A DNA stretch of 64,000 bases from Macrostomum lignano (Eukaryota): positions 5,236 through 69,235 of the forward strand of contig NIVC01003073.1 of assembly GCA_002269645.1 (NCBI GenBank), in the 5' to 3' direction. The position numbers and the translations under genes were made by a program. Under the pieces are notes generated by a model. The model was not told where the DNA came from, searched no databases, and saw only the letters and a list, made by a program, of their open reading frames with translations. Of this stretch, positions 10,981 through 24,690 are shown piece after piece (position 1 is the stretch's first letter; each line of letters begins with the position of its first letter).

Positions 10981-11686
10981 AAAATCCCCTCCCCTCGAAG
11001 ATGCTTCTCCCAGCTGCAAGCTACAGGACAACCTCAACCTCAGTTTTTCCCTAATTTGCATTTATTCCCCAGCAGACCCTCCTGGGGAGCAGACGCGGAG
11101 CAGACGCGGGACCAGAACAGCAATTGGGAGCCGAGACGCATGAGGGGATTTTAATCCTCATGGGAGCTGCCATGCAGCCGGCAGCAACAGCAGTATCTTG
11201 ATCTTCACCCCCTTTGCCTTTCCTCCCAAACTACCGGCTAACCGCCGCCATCATATAACCGTGGCCGTTGGTTGCTAAGGCAGGGCGGCTACCGCCGCCA
11301 TCATATAGCCGTGGCCGTTGGTTGCTGAGACAGCGAGCGGCCCACAAGAAAACTCGATTAGCAAAATTCTGGGCAGCTCTTAACTGCCTGTGTGGCCTTG
11401 AATGTCGAGGAAGGGGAGACGGTTAAAAAGAACGTCGAGTACATTTCTTATCGCTTAATTCTGATGATGAACTGGGGGAGGCTGTGGGGCTTTTCATAAT
11501 TTTATGGAGGCCTGCAGCTGCATCTGAAAGCTCGCCCCAGCTTTTTCTAAGAATTCCCAGGGCGTAAATGCTGGCTGCTTAGCTGCGATTCCTTGGCGTG
11601 GCTTTTGTACTTTTCTGGCAGGGGCGGCTCTGAATGTCTGTATGTGAGATCTACTTGTATATATTCTGGTTTTTTCCCGGTTAACA

Positions 11687-12420
11687 TGGCGCCCCCGATG
11701 CTCACCAGTTGGCGCCCGCGATGCTCACCAGTTGGCGCCCCCGATGCTCACCAGTTGCTGGCGCCCCCGATGCTCACCAGTTGGCGCCCGCGATTCTCAC
11801 CAGTTGCTGGCGCCCCCGATGCTCACCAGTTGCTGGCGCCCCCGATGCTCACCAGTTGGCGCCCCCGATGCTCACCAGTTGGCGCCCGCGATGCTCACCA
11901 GTTGCTGGCGCCCCCGATGCTCACCAGTTGGCGCCCGCGATTCTCACCAGTTGCTGGCGCCCCCGATGCTCACCAGTTGGCGCCCGCGATGCTCATCAGT
12001 TGCTGGCGCCCCCGATGCTCACCAGTTGGCGCCCCTAATGCTCACCAGTTGGCGCCCCCAATGCTCACCAGTTGGCGCCCCCGATGCTCACCAGTTGGCG
12101 CCCGCGATGCTCACCAGTTGGCGCCCCCCATTGCTCACCAGTTGGCGCCCTCGATGCTCACCAGTTGGCGCCCCCCATTGCTCACCAGTTGGCGCCCCCG
12201 ATGCTCACCAGTTGGCGCCCCTAATGCTCACCAGTTGGCGCCCCCGATGCTCACCAGTTGGCGCCCCCGATGCTCACCAGTTGGCGCCCCCAATGCTCAC
12301 CAGTTGGCGCCCCCGATGCTTACCTTGGCGCCTCCCCGTAATCATCTTGGCGCCTCCCCATAATCATCTTTGCTCCTCCCCATAGTCATCTTGGCGCCCC
12401 TGATGTTTACTTTGGCGCCC
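11687..12420. repeat. 23-bp GC-rich minisatellite GGCGCCCCCGATGCTCACCAGTT (some 26-bp variants)
   Basis: Direct inspection; degenerates at the right end. Confidence 0.95.
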
Positions 12421-12789
12421 CCAGTGCTCACTGCACTTCTTCAGGCATTTTGGCTGTCAAACTGTGGTTGTTGATCATAGCAGCTGTGAATTATAGCATC
12501 TCATATATATATTTCACCTTGTAAAATGTGTGATAAGTTCATGAAAATAGGATGCTAATATACACGGATGTAGCTTGTATATTTCCAAAAATGGTTCTGC
12601 AGCTTCAATCAGTGCTATATTTTCAGTCATGACGGGGCTCAGATTGAATCCAATAAATGGATCGGTGGCCTATTTATAACTCCAACACGGCCGTGTCTGC
12701 CATCCTGCACTGATCTTCACCTCTTCACCTGTCTTTATTTGGCTCCTTTTGACGCTGGCGTTCTGTGACATTATCCCTCATTTAGGGGG

Positions 12790-13050
12790 GTGAAAAGAGG
12801 AATGAGAAGGGAGTGAGAAGGGGGTGAGAAGGAGAGTGGGAAGGGGACTGGGAAGGGGAGTGAGAAGGGGAGTGGGAAGGGGAGTGGGAAGGGGAGTGAG
12901 AAGGGGAATGAGAAGGGGAGTGGGAAGGGGAGTGAAAATGAAATGGAAGGGGAGTAAGATGGAGAATGAGACGTGGAATGAGAAAGGGAGTGAGAGGGGA
13001 GTGAAATATGGATTGAGTGGGGGGAATAAGAAGGGGAATGAGATGGGGTG
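12790..13050. repeat. Purine-rich GAAGGGGAGTG-type repeat
   Basis: Direct inspection. Confidence 0.8.
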
Positions 13051-13714
13051 GTAAATTAACGGGGTAGAGGAACGCGGGTACCAGGAGTCAAGAGGCAGGG
13101 CTACAAGACAAAGCCTTTTAAAGTCTGAACCAGCGGAGTGAAGGAGCGCCATAAAGGAAAGATTTCTAGCGGAAATCTGTGCCCAAATAAAGTCAACAAT
13201 CAATGCTTACAGAGCCACCCCAATGCAGCTCAGGCATCACAGGCGTTCAATGGTTGTGCAAACATTTCGTATTGCAAATCTGGAGAGCGCTACATGCAAG
13301 TACAGATCGTTTGCAGCACAGGCCATTTCATAAGCAGAGCGCCTGGAACTGATCCGTCCGCCAGTGTGATGGATGGCAACAATGCCGTGGGAAATTATTA
13401 ATAACAATGTATGAGAAACATGGACTCCAATTCAAATTAGCAGCACAGTGTTTTGCTCAGACTTATCTGCATCAAATCACTGGTACTGTTGACGCATTGG
13501 GGATGTGCTGTAGTCTGCTTCCCTTCAAGCAGAAGCCGTCACCTGCTCTTCATCAGATTGTGGTTGACTGGGTGCAAAACTTGGCATTGGTTTTTGCACT
13601 GCGCTTTTGGGGCGTTCTAGATCGGAAAAGCTTGGAATCAGGAATTGGATATGGTTTCTGCAGGTTTACCAGATGATCCTGGAACAATTTGAAGGTTGAA
13701 AGAACAAGATAGAG

Positions 13715-14180
13715 GATCCTGAAGGTTTCGATAAGAAGCTAGAGGGTCCTGAAGGCTTTGGTAAGAAGCTAGAGGGTCCTGAAGATTTCGATAAGAAGCT
13801 AAAGGATGCTGAAGGCTTTGAGAAGAAGTTAAAGGATGCTGAAGGCTTTGGTAAGAAGCTAGAGGATGCTGAAGGTTTTGATCAGAAGCTAGAGAATCCT
13901 GAAGGTTTTGATTAGAAGCTAGAGAATCCTGAAGGTTTTGATCAGAAGCTAGAGAATCCTGAAGGTTTTGATCAGAAGCTAGAGAATCCTGAAGGTTTTG
14001 ATTAGAAGCTAGAGAATCCTGAAGGTTTTGATTAGAAGCTAGAGAATCCTGAAGGTTTTGGTCAGAAGCTAGAGAATCCTGAAGGTTTTGATCAGAAGCT
14101 AGAGAATCCTGAAGGTTTTGATTAGAAGCTAGAGGGTCCCAAATGTTTTAGTAGCTGTTAAGAAGCTAGAGAATCCTGAA
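13715..14180. repeat. 30-bp minisatellite AGAAGCTAGAGAATCCTGAAGGTTTTGATC
   Basis: About 15 copies, more diverged at the left. Confidence 0.9.
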
Positions 14181-14703
14181 TATTCCAAAAGTCAAACTGA
14201 TAAATATTAACACGCTACCAGAAACATCACTAATGCTCATTTAGGTCTCAGTCCATCTAGAACCGATCCAACTGCTTATCTAGCGCTAGGTGGTCTTCAA
14301 ATTAAAATTGCACGCATTGAACCCTACACAAGCTCAAAAACCTCGAGCAGCATGTGAGTTAACAGGGCCAACGTCCCAGTGCAGCGTTCATTTTTTGATG
14401 GATGATTTTTTCCCGCTGAAAATCTGCTCTGAAAATTTCCTGGTAAAACACGAAAGAACTGGCAGGCCGGAGGGGGTGCTGCGAGGGAGAGATGCGGAGA
14501 GGAGAATAAGGAGAGCAGAGTCCACTCAGACAGCACGGGAGAGGCTGCAGTGAAGACAGCGACCGCTGGGTAAAACATGTGAATCAGGCTGATAGCCAAA
14601 TCTCTTTGAAACTGACTGTCAAGACTTCATTTCCTGCGACTGTCTGCTTCCAGGGGCTGCATGATCGGAATGAATGGCGACTGGCAAAGGACAGAGTGAA
14701 ACG

Positions 14704-14752
<49 letters not shown>

Positions 14753-14775
14753 GGCAAGCAGACAGACAGATATAT

Positions 14776-14860
<85 letters not shown>

Positions 14861-14861
14861 C

Positions 14862-14944
<83 letters not shown>

Positions 14945-14949
14945 CAGAC

Positions 14950-15012
<63 letters not shown>

Positions 15013-15013
15013 C

Positions 15014-15100
<87 letters not shown>

Positions 15101-15118
15101 CAGATAGATATAGTTAGA
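14704..15118. repeat. (GATA)n/(GACA)n microsatellite
   Basis: Direct inspection. Confidence 0.95.
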
Positions 15119-15648
15119 CAGGCATAGGAAATTTGAGCAGGCCGCGGATGTGGCAGAGCCGTGAGCCCCGCACATTCCTCACTGCCCGGGATGGGGGCAG
15201 AGCTGCAGTGCGCAGCCGGGCAGGGCAGGCTGAGGCTGCACCGCCCGGTTCCGGCGCCATGCGCCCCCACCCCCCCTGCCCTGCCTGATTGGCAAGCGGC
15301 CGTCCAATGGCCGAGGCAGCAGGCAGGAGAGGCTGAAATTCCTGCCTTCAGTGCGCTGTCGCCTCAGCGCCCTTCGCCTTCTCCTTCCCCCCCCCCCCAG
15401 CCCGGCGGCAGGGCATTAAAGTGTGAGCAAGCCGAGGTGCGCTGCCCCCTCAGTAGGAAACACTGCGGCAGCTTTTCGATTTCCTTCCACCCAGCCCCAC
15501 CCCCGAGAGTAAGCCGAGAGCTCACGGAACTCTTTGAGCTCGGGTACCGGCAGGCAGCTTGGCCTCCTCAACCTGAGAGCCGCTCCAACCCCCATGCTTG
15601 GGGCTCCCTGCCGGCCTTCAAAACTGTTGAGATGACCGCGGCGTCGCG

Positions 15649-17319
15649 ATGAGCATCTTCTCAAGGAAGTCGCGCGCTGCGGAGCCTCCGCCTCAGCCGC
15701 ACGGCCGGGCGGTCACGCAGCCGCTGGCCATCCGGGTCGGCCCGGCCAGCCGCCCGCAGTCCGGCCACATCGGCGGCTACTCGGCCACCATCGCGGCTGC
15801 CGAATCCTGGCGGCCCGGCTGCGACGCCGGCGGCTCCGTGGCGCTGCGCAGGCGGCCGCAGCTGGTGACCCCCTGCCCCGCGCATGGCAGCTACGGCCTC
15901 AGCCCCAGGAAGCCGCCGCCACCGGCTGGCGTGGCGCCGCGGGCCGACTTCTACGGCAGCTACTTTTACCCCGGCCAGGACGACCGGCGGAGCAGCGCCG
16001 GCTCCCAGCGGTTCGCCACGGTGGCCAACCGGCTGTCCTTCGCTTTCGAGGTCGGCTCGCTGCCGCAGCTCGTCACCAACCTGCCGGCGGACGCCGCCCA
16101 GCCGCCCGACCATCCGATCCCGACGCCGCCGCCGACGCCGCCGGTCCGGCCGGCTGCCGATCATCAGTCGCGGGCGTCGCAGCTGTCCGAGACTCCGATT
16201 AAGAACAGCTGGAGCCGGGAGCAGCAGGAGCAACAGCAGCAGCAGCAGCAGCAACAGAGCGTCCCCGGAGCCATCGGCAGCCTGACCTCAATCGTGCAGT
16301 TCATGCGCCGCACCAACAGCACCTGCAGCGCGGACTCGCAGTTCAAAGTCACCCTGCGCAAGAGCCGCAGCCGGAGCCGGCGGTCACGTGACCTGCCCAG
16401 GCTGCGCTTCCTGCCGGCGCTGTCGCGGTCGCCGAGCTCCTCCGGGCGCGGCTACGAGGTGATCGACAGCCACCCGACCGTGCTGTACCGGCCGCGCTAC
16501 TTCGCCCAGCGCCGCTCCCTTGTCGAAGGGCTGGAGAAGCTGCACCTGTTCGGCGAGCTGGACCCCGAGGACGGTCTGGATCTCCTGGACGATCCCAGCG
16601 AACGGCGCGGCAGCCGGCGGCGTCGGCAACGTCGGGACTCGTGTCCGAGCAAACTGCTGGGCGGCGACGGCGCCGACGACCTTGGCCGGAGCGCCTCCGA
16701 CCACGGCAACGCCAGCCAGCCGCGGCGCATCGGCGAGGTGCGCCAGGAGGCCAGCCTGCGGCGCCGCTGCCGCACCTTCTCGCGGCCGCGGGACGGCCCG
16801 CCGCCGAAGAGCCCCCTGCCGGTGCCGCGCCGGGACCGCAGCCAGCACGCCTTCTACTTCTTCCACGTGCGCACGTGGAACCTGGCGCAGACCGAGTCGT
16901 TTCTGTTCGACACCATCGTGACGCTGCTGGCCAGGCGGCACTCCTGCACCCTGCGGCTGCTGCCACAGGAGGAGGCGCAGGACCTGCCGGACGGACTGCG
17001 CCGCGTGGAGGTGGCCGGCCCGAGCCTGAAGGACATCAAGCGGTTTCTGTACTACCTGACCACCAGCGAGGAGACGGTGAGCCTGCAGCGCCAGATCCAG
17101 GAGCGGTACACCCTGAGCCGCGGCCTGACCGGCCACTTGGGAGGCGTCGACGTCAACGGAGGAGGAACTGGAGGAGGAGGACCTTCGCCGGCCTTCAGCG
17201 CGCGGCTGTGGCGAGCGAACTCGGTGTCGGCGACAACCGAAGCGGCTACGGATGTCCGGCTGAGGCAGGCGGCGGGGTCTGCGGGCGGATCGCGGAGTCG
17301 GGTGAACGGCTGCGACTGA
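15649..17319 (+). CDS. Uncharacterised intronless 556-aa protein, mostly low-complexity with a probable globular domain at about aa 395-490
   Basis: Long non-repetitive ORF with ATG start and strong GC3 bias like the conserved genes in this window. No family recognised. Confidence 0.75.
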   Translation: MSIFSRKSRAAEPPPQPHGRAVTQPLAIRVGPASRPQSGHIGGYSATIAAAESWRPGCDAGGSVALRRRPQLVTPCPAHGSYGLSPRKPPPPAGVAPRADFYGSYFYPGQDDRRSSAGSQRFATVANRLSFAFEVGSLPQLVTNLPADAAQPPDHPIPTPPPTPPVRPAADHQSRASQLSETPIKNSWSREQQEQQQQQQQQQSVPGAIGSLTSIVQFMRRTNSTCSADSQFKVTLRKSRSRSRRSRDLPRLRFLPALSRSPSSSGRGYEVIDSHPTVLYRPRYFAQRRSLVEGLEKLHLFGELDPEDGLDLLDDPSERRGSRRRRQRRDSCPSKLLGGDGADDLGRSASDHGNASQPRRIGEVRQEASLRRRCRTFSRPRDGPPPKSPLPVPRRDRSQHAFYFFHVRTWNLAQTESFLFDTIVTLLARRHSCTLRLLPQEEAQDLPDGLRRVEVAGPSLKDIKRFLYYLTTSEETVSLQRQIQERYTLSRGLTGHLGGVDVNGGGTGGGGPSPAFSARLWRANSVSATTEAATDVRLRQAAGSAGGSRSRVNGCD

Positions 17320-19479
17320 CCAATCAGTGAGTCTCCCGCGGCCCGCTAAGGCCCCTTCGGCTAGCAAACTGACTGAGAGTCATTCTTCTCACAGAGCTGT
17401 CAGGGTGTACAGCTCGGCCTTGGGGAGACTCAGACCGCACGGACGTGAACTGCACCACAAGCAACAGCAGGCCAATTTTGAGCACGAGCTGCAGATGAAT
17501 TGCTGATTGCATGTTAATTACTGCTGAGCTTCTGTGCTTTAAGTTTAGCTTTCAAATTGATCATTTTATGGACTAGGTAGGGTCAGTCTTTAGGGCTTCA
17601 TCAAGTCTCAGGCTTTACTTATTAAAGCAAAAGATTGGCTCAGCTTTGACCTGTTGACAGGGGATTTGAGCTGTACGAATTAGCTGGAGTGAGCACAGCA
17701 GTGGGGCCGGATTACCAAGCTGAGCAGGGAGATGCTGCCCCCGCATGCGCTGAGGGGAAGATGAGGCAAGAGGAGCAGCAGCTCACCGAAATCTCCCCCT
17801 GCCACGCGTGAGCTCCCCAGCCTCTCCCCGCCATCTCCATCGTTGCGTGTCCGGCAGTCTCAATCAGATGTACACGGATTGTCACATGCTCCCTCAGTGT
17901 GTACTCTCCGGCTGCCTGCACTTTTGCAGTCTGCGTCTCCCCCCCCCTTGTATTCTCCTTCTCGTCTCCAGTGCGTCTCGCGCCGCTGTAACCCAATCGC
18001 TAATCCGCTGGGCTCTTACCGACGACCCGGGCCTCTTCTTTGATGCTTTCCCCGAGGAAAATTGTTTACCGCTGTGCTCCCCCCTCTTGACCGGGGGATC
18101 TGCACTGAAGCTTTGCTTATAATATCGCCGCCAATGTTTCTACACAAGAAGAAGTATTTTTCCATCTTCGACTCCGATTCACAGATCTGTCAATGCAGCC
18201 CCAGTGTTTGTTTGCAATTCCTGTTTTTTGTGTTTGTTTTTCTTAAAAAAAGCAACTGTCGCATACGAGTACTGTGTTGAACGCTTCCCTGTGTACTTTG
18301 TTAAACATCAAAACTTTTTCGTGTAAGTCTTCTGGCATAGCTACTGACTATTTAGTAAACTTGTTTACGTGTTTCATCGTGCAATGTACTTATTTGTGTG
18401 CAATGTACACTTCACCGTAAGCTGCGATAAGCCTGTGATTCCTGTAAATCTGTTCGGATAGAAGCTAGCTTCAATCCATATAATAAAAATGGATTTTTCC
18501 CGGCAATAAACTGCAGAGAACCAAATGCAGTCCGTATTTAGAAATGTACTTTTCGTCAAATTGATTTCTTATTCGCCTTCGGTTCGGCTAGGAAAAAAAT
18601 TGTTCGCACTTTTCCCCACTTTGGCTTGACGCACGTGATAAAAAACTTGGGCTGCCGCAGCGCCTGCAGGCAATCAATATTTATGTGCAGCCATCAGCAA
18701 ATTCCGCTAATTGCATGCCATTCAGCCCATTTACAAGGCGGCTGAAGCCCCAAACCTGTGATATCACCGCCAGACTGAATTGAACTGGGAAAGAAGTCGC
18801 TACAATGGGAGCTGTTCCTGGAAAACTCCACCAATCAATGCGACACTGCTAATACTTGCCCCCCCCCCCACCGCCGATTCTGCGGATTGAGGTAACCTTG
18901 CATTTGATTCCTCGCATGCAGTGGATTTGTTCAGCGCATTTTCGACTTGAAGGATATTTTATTGAAAGATCGACGCAGCCTCCAGCAGCACTTTCCGGGG
19001 ACAGTCGCTAATGACTCACCCACTCCTCCGTTGAGCAAGCAGGAAGGGCCGCACATCGCCTTCTCCGAGTCCGCATCCGTTGATGATGCAATCCTTTAGT
19101 CCCCCTGCTGCAGCAGCTGCTGCTGAGCCGGCCGAAATCCGAGGTACGGAGAGGCGCGGGCGAGTTGAGTGCCACTCAAAACGAAGATGGCGCCACTTAC
19201 GCAGGCTCCGCCCCCAGACTCCAGATTCAGGTCCTGAACATCTTAAGCCTGGGAGGATGCAGGATAAAGCCTTTGCAGATCCCATTCTCCCAGTGCAGGC
19301 CTACGCTTTTTATTGAGCTCTCGATGACGAGTCTCGCTCTCTGGGATTCTGTTGTCCCCACAATGAAACCTGCTGCTGCTGCTGCTGCATACCAACCCCA
19401 CATCCTGCTTGTGCCGCTCACCGTCTGCTCTGCTCATTCTCAGTTCACCTGCCTCTCCTCTCTCCCTCTCTTCTCCATC

Positions 19480-20260
19480 TCCTGTCTCCCCTCTCTTCTA
19501 TCTTTCCTGTCTCCCCTCTCTTCTATCTTTCCTGTCTCCCCTCTCTTCTATCTTTCCTGTCTCCCCTCTCTTCTCTCCTGTCTCCCCTCTCTTCTATCTT
19601 TCCTGTCTCCCCTCTCTTCTATCTTTCCTGTCTCCCCTCTCTTCTATCTTTCCTGTCTCCCCTCTCTTCCATCTTTCCTGTCTCCCCTCTCTTCTATCTT
19701 TCCTGTCTCCCCTCTCTTCTATCTTTCCTGTCTCCCCTCTCTTCCATCTTTCCTGTCTCCCCTCTCTTCTATCTTTCCTGTCTCCCCTCTCTTCTATCTT
19801 TCCTGTCTCCCCTCTCTTCTATCTTTCCTGTCTCCACTCTCTTCTCTCCTGTCTCCCCTCTCTTCTATCTTTCCTGTCTCCCCTCTCTTCTATCTTTCCT
19901 GTCTCCCCTCTCTTCTATCTTTCCTGTCTCCCCTCTCTTCTATCTTTCCTGTCTCCCCTCTCTTCTATCTTTCCTGTCTCCCCTCTCTTCTATCTTTCCT
20001 GTCTCCCCTCTCTTCTCTCCTGTCTCCCCTCTCTTCTATCTTTCCTGTCTCCCCTCTCTTCTATCTTTCCTGTCTCCCCTCTCTTCTCTCCTGTCTCCCC
20101 TCTCTTCTATCTTTCCTGTCTCCCCTCTCTTCTATCTTTCCTGTCTCCCCTCTCTTCTATCTTTCCTGTCTCCACTCTCTTCTATCTTTCCTGTCTCCCC
20201 TCTCTTCTATCTTTCCTGTCTCCACTCTCTTCTCTCCTGTCTCCCCTCTCTTCTCCATCT
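19480..20260. repeat. 25-bp pyrimidine minisatellite TCTCCCCTCTCTTCTATCTTTCCTG
   Basis: Direct inspection. Confidence 0.95.
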
Positions 20261-20789
20261 CTCCCGCATCCCAGATCTCTTCTAATCTCTACTTTCTCAG
20301 CGCCTCTCCCAGTTCCGCCCTGAGCCTCCGCATCCCAGACACTCCTGCCTGGCTAGCACAAAAACACAAAATCCATAGCCAGCCGGATCCGCTTTGCTTT
20401 ATCATCAGTGGTGCCGAAAACTCCCAAGCGTCTTTCGGGCTATGATTTATGATCCCCTGTTGCTTTTAATACACTATAATAATGTGAGAGGTCAGTCAGG
20501 GTCAATCCAAGCCCCACCTTGCGGCACCGCACAGGCAGTGTTGATTAGCCTGGCGGGCTTGCCTTAGTAATTAATGAAGGTGCAACTCTTCAGGTGTACA
20601 ATAAGCCGATAGCACTTTCTCTCCTGCAGTTTCACCGCCTAATATCCCTTTATCCCAAGCAACAGCCTGGCAACCAATATGATTAATCAGTGATGACTTG
20701 TACCGGGCTGAAGCTGGGAAGCTACTCGTATAATAAGGTAAAAAGGCAATTGTGGAAAATACAGAAATTTAGGGTTGTACCGAAGGACA

Positions 20790-21785
20790 CCGATTGATTG
20801 AGTCCTGTCCCAGTACCGATTGTTTGAGTCCTGTCCCAGTACCGACTGATTGAGGCCTGTCCCAGTACCGACTGATTGAGGCCTGTCCCAGTACCGATTG
20901 ATTGTGGCCTGTCCCAGTACCGACTGATTGAGGCCTGTCCCAGTACCAATTGATTGAGGCCTGTCCCAGTATCGACTGATTGAGTCCTGTCCCAGTACCG
21001 ATTGATTGAGTCCTGTCCCAGTACCGATTGATTGAGGCCTGTCCCAGTACCGATTGATTGAGTCCTGTCCCAGTACCGATTGATTGAGTCCTGTCCCAGT
21101 ACCGATTGATTGAGGCCTGTCCCAGTACCGATTGATTGAGGCCTGTCCCAGTACCGATTGATTGTGGCCTGTCCCAGTACCGACTGATTGAGGCCTGTCC
21201 CAGTACCGATTGTTTGAGTCCTGTCCCAGTACCGATTGATTGAGTCCTGTCCCAGTACCGATTGTTTGAGGCCTGTCCCAGTACCGATTGTTTGAGTCCT
21301 GTCCCAGTACCGATTGATTGAGTCCTGTCCCAGTACCGATTGATTAAGTCCTGTCCCAGTACCGATTGATTGAGGCCTGTCCCAGTACCGATTGATTGAG
21401 GCCTGTCCCAGTACCGATTGATTGTGGCCTGTCCCAGTACCGACTGATTGAGGCCTGTCCCAGTACCGATTGTTTGAGTCCTGTCCCAGTACCGATTGAT
21501 TGAGTCCTGTCCCAGTACCGATTGATTGAGGCCTGTCCCAGTACCGATTGATTGAGTCCTGTCCCAGTACCGATTGATTGAGTCCTGTCCCAGTACCGAT
21601 TGATTGAGGCCTGTCCCAGTACCGATTGATTGAGGCCTGTCCCAGTACCGATTGATTGAGGCCTGTCCCAGTACCGACTGATTGAGTCCTGTCCCAGTAC
21701 CGATTGATTGAGGCCTGTCCCAGTACCGACAGGCCTGTCCCAGTACCGACAGGCCTGTCCCAGTACCGACTGATTGAGGCCTGTC
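20790..21785. repeat. 26-bp minisatellite CTGTCCCAGTACCGATTGATTGAG(G/T)C, about 38 copies
   Basis: Direct inspection. Confidence 0.95.
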
Positions 21786-22524
21786 CAAACACATGTCGAA
21801 TGCGATTGTTACCTGCATTCACAGGCCAACCTTCACAAATCCAAGCCTCCACTAACACGCATTAGCTCATTGCTCATACTCATTAGCTCATTGCTCATAG
21901 TCCAACACTCGTACGTGCAGCTCTCCTCAGTTGACCAACTCAACCAAGCCTCAAGCAGTCTTGACACTCCGGTTTTGGCACACCCGACCATGTTCAAATC
22001 TCTGGCGGCAGCAGCGCTATGGAGATTATCCCCAATCCCCTCGCCTGTCATCACCCGTCAGCGAAATCCTCCCGCCAGGGCCTCCGCCCCTGTGGCTGTG
22101 GCAGGGGTCCAGCGATGACCGGCACCCCATCTACACCAGCAGCAGCCGCAGCAGCAGATTTTGCAGCCCTTTTTATCTTTGCCGGCAAATCTCTTGGCAT
22201 TATGGCTCTGGCTAAGCCTCTCTCTCTTCTCCTAGAAGCGGCCCCCATTGAACTGATTACGTAACAATGCAAGTCGCTGCTGGGGGCTGTCTGTCACTGC
22301 CTGTCTGTCTGTCTGTCTTGCGGTTTAAAAAGCCCAAATCCCAAAAACACGCGCAACAAGTTCCAAAATATGTCTGAAAGCGCCTCTCATTATTGTAGCT
22401 GCGAGATGGCTGTGGTTCACTGGCTTGCTGTCAGTAACTGAGGTGGGCAACCGGCGCCCCCCCATGCTGACCCCTTGGCTTGCGGTAAAACTAGAATAAC
22501 GGTTTGGATTCACTGGCAATATTG

Positions 22525-23218
22525 AGATCAGAGATCGGAGATCAGAGATCGGAGATCAGAGATCGGAGATCAGAGATCGGAGATCAGAGATCGGAGATCA
22601 GAGATCGGAGATCAGAGATCGGAGATCAGAGATCGGAGATCAGAGATCGGAGATCAGAGATCGGAGATCAGAGATCGGAGATCAGAGATCGGAGATCAGA
22701 GATCGGAGATCAGAGATCGGAGATCAGAGATCGGAGATCAGAGATCGGAGATCAGAGATCGGAGATCAGAGATCGGAGATCAGAGATCGGAGATCAGAGA
22801 TCGGAGATCAGAGATCGGAGATCAGAGATCGGAGATCAGAGATCGGAGATCAGAGATCGGAGATCAGAGATCGGAGATCAGAGATCGGAGATCAGAGATC
22901 GGAGATCAGAGATCGGAGATCAGAGATCGGAGATCAGAGATCGGAGATCAGAGATCGGAGATCAGAGATCGGAGATCAGAGATCGGAGATCAGAGATCGG
23001 AGATCAGAGATCGGAGATCAGAGATCGGAGATCAGAGATCGGAGATCAGAGATCGGAGATCAGAAATCGGAGATCAGAGATCGGAGATCAGAGATCGGAG
23101 ATCAGAGATCGGAGATCAGAGATCGGAGATCAGAGATCGGAGATCAGAGATCGGAGATCAGAGATCGGAGATCAGAGATCGGAGATCAGAGATCGGAGAT
23201 CAGAGATCGGAGATCAGA
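22525..23218. repeat. 14-bp repeat GAGATCAGAGATCG (dimer of 7-mers), about 49 copies
   Basis: Direct inspection. Confidence 0.95.
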
Positions 23219-23804
23219 AAACAGAGATAGCAGGGAGTCACACCAGCTCCATATCACCCCAATCGAAGCCGGAGCAGAAAAGGTCAGTCAGGTAAAGCCA
23301 GCCGCAAATCAACAGCTGAGCAGCCCTTGAGTCCAGCAGGTTGCAATTCCAATTGATCATAGGAAGCTGCTCAATGCCTCATCAGTGTATCCAGCCTCCC
23401 GAGTCGCGTCATCATTAGCAACCCCAGCTCCCGTGCACCGTGGCCACTGAGGTCAGCGGCTATCACAGATTACGCAATCGCGTCCTGCCCCGTCTCAATT
23501 TCTTTTTTTTCTTGCCACACCACCGTCACTGGGCAGCTCAAAGCGATGGCGTGACCGGCGGCAATTACGGCGGGCTCGGGCCGGGCATCGATTGCGAGGC
23601 TGGTCGCTCCCTGGCTGCTCAGTATCGCTGCAGCATCCATGATGTTGGGTGGACTGCGGGTGATCTTGTAGCCTTGTGTCCATTCACAGATCAGCGTTTG
23701 ATTACGCTTTTTTTATTCCGCCTCAGAGACGGATACAGAGGGCGATAGACTGCGGGAGACAGCTGGGAGAATAGGAGAGCTAGGAAAAAAAGTGAAGAGA
23801 CGGT

Positions 23805-24588
23805 AGGAGAGTGAAAAGAGTGGGGAGAGTGAAAAGAGCGGGGAGAGTGAAAAGAGTGGGGAGAGTGAAAAGAGCGGGGAGAGTGAAAAGAGCGGGGAGA
23901 GTGAAAAGAGTGGGGAGAGTGAAAAGAGCGGGGAGAGTGAAAAGAGCGGGGAGAGTGAAAAGAGTGGGGAGAGTGAAAAGAGCGGGGAGAGTGAAAAGAG
24001 TGGGGAGAGTGAAAAGAGTGGGGAGAGTGAAAAAAGTGGGGACAGTGAAAAGAGTGGGGAGAGTGAAAAGAGTGGGGAGAGTGAAAAGAGAGTGAAAAGA
24101 GCGGGGAGAGTGAAAAGAGTGGGGAGAGTGAAAAGAGTGGGGAGAGTGAAAAGAGTGGGGAGAGTGAAAAGAGTGGGGAGAGTGAAAAGAGTGGGGAGAG
24201 TGAAGAGTGGGGAGAGTGAAAAGAGTGGGGACAGTGAAAAGAGTGGGGAGAGTGAAAAGAGAGTGAAAAGAGTGGGGAGAGTGAAAAGAGTGGGGAGAGT
24301 GAAAAGAGAGTGAAAAGAGTGGGGAGAGTGAAAAGAGTGGGGAGAGTGAAAAGAGTGGGGAGAGTGAAAAGAGTGGGGAGAGTGAAAAAAGTGGGGACAG
24401 TGAAAAGAGTGGGGAGAGTGAAAAGAGTGGGGAGAGTGAAAAGAGAGTGAAAAGAGCGGGGAGAGTGAAAAGAGTGGGGAGAGTGAAAAGAGTGGGGAGA
24501 GTGAAAAGAGTGGGGAGAGTGAAAAGAGTGGGGAGAGTGAAGAGTGGGGAGAGTGAAAAGAGTGGGGAGAGTGAAGAGTGGGGAGAGT
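23805..24588. repeat. 18-bp purine minisatellite GTGAAAAGAGTGGGGAGA
   Basis: Direct inspection. Confidence 0.95.
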
Positions 24589-24600
24589 AAAAGGTAACAG

Positions 24601-24690
24601 CCTGAGCGTGCGGAACTTTCTAGGAAATCGATGGACCTTCATCGCCGCAGCCGCCACAGCCTCGGCACGCAGCTGATGGCTGGCCAGAAG
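24601..24690 (+). CDS. Candidate internal coding exon (PERAELSRKSMDLHRRSRHSLGTQLMAGQK) of an unidentified gene
   Basis: AACAG| ... AAG|GTCAGT boundaries, 90 nt open frame, GC-rich island between satellites. The acceptor lacks a pyrimidine tract. Confidence 0.3.

Noticed and set aside
17970-18122. WALTDDPGLFF segment as an adenosine/AMP deaminase TDDP motif
   Set aside because: It is an isolated short match with no other deaminase motifs found nearby.
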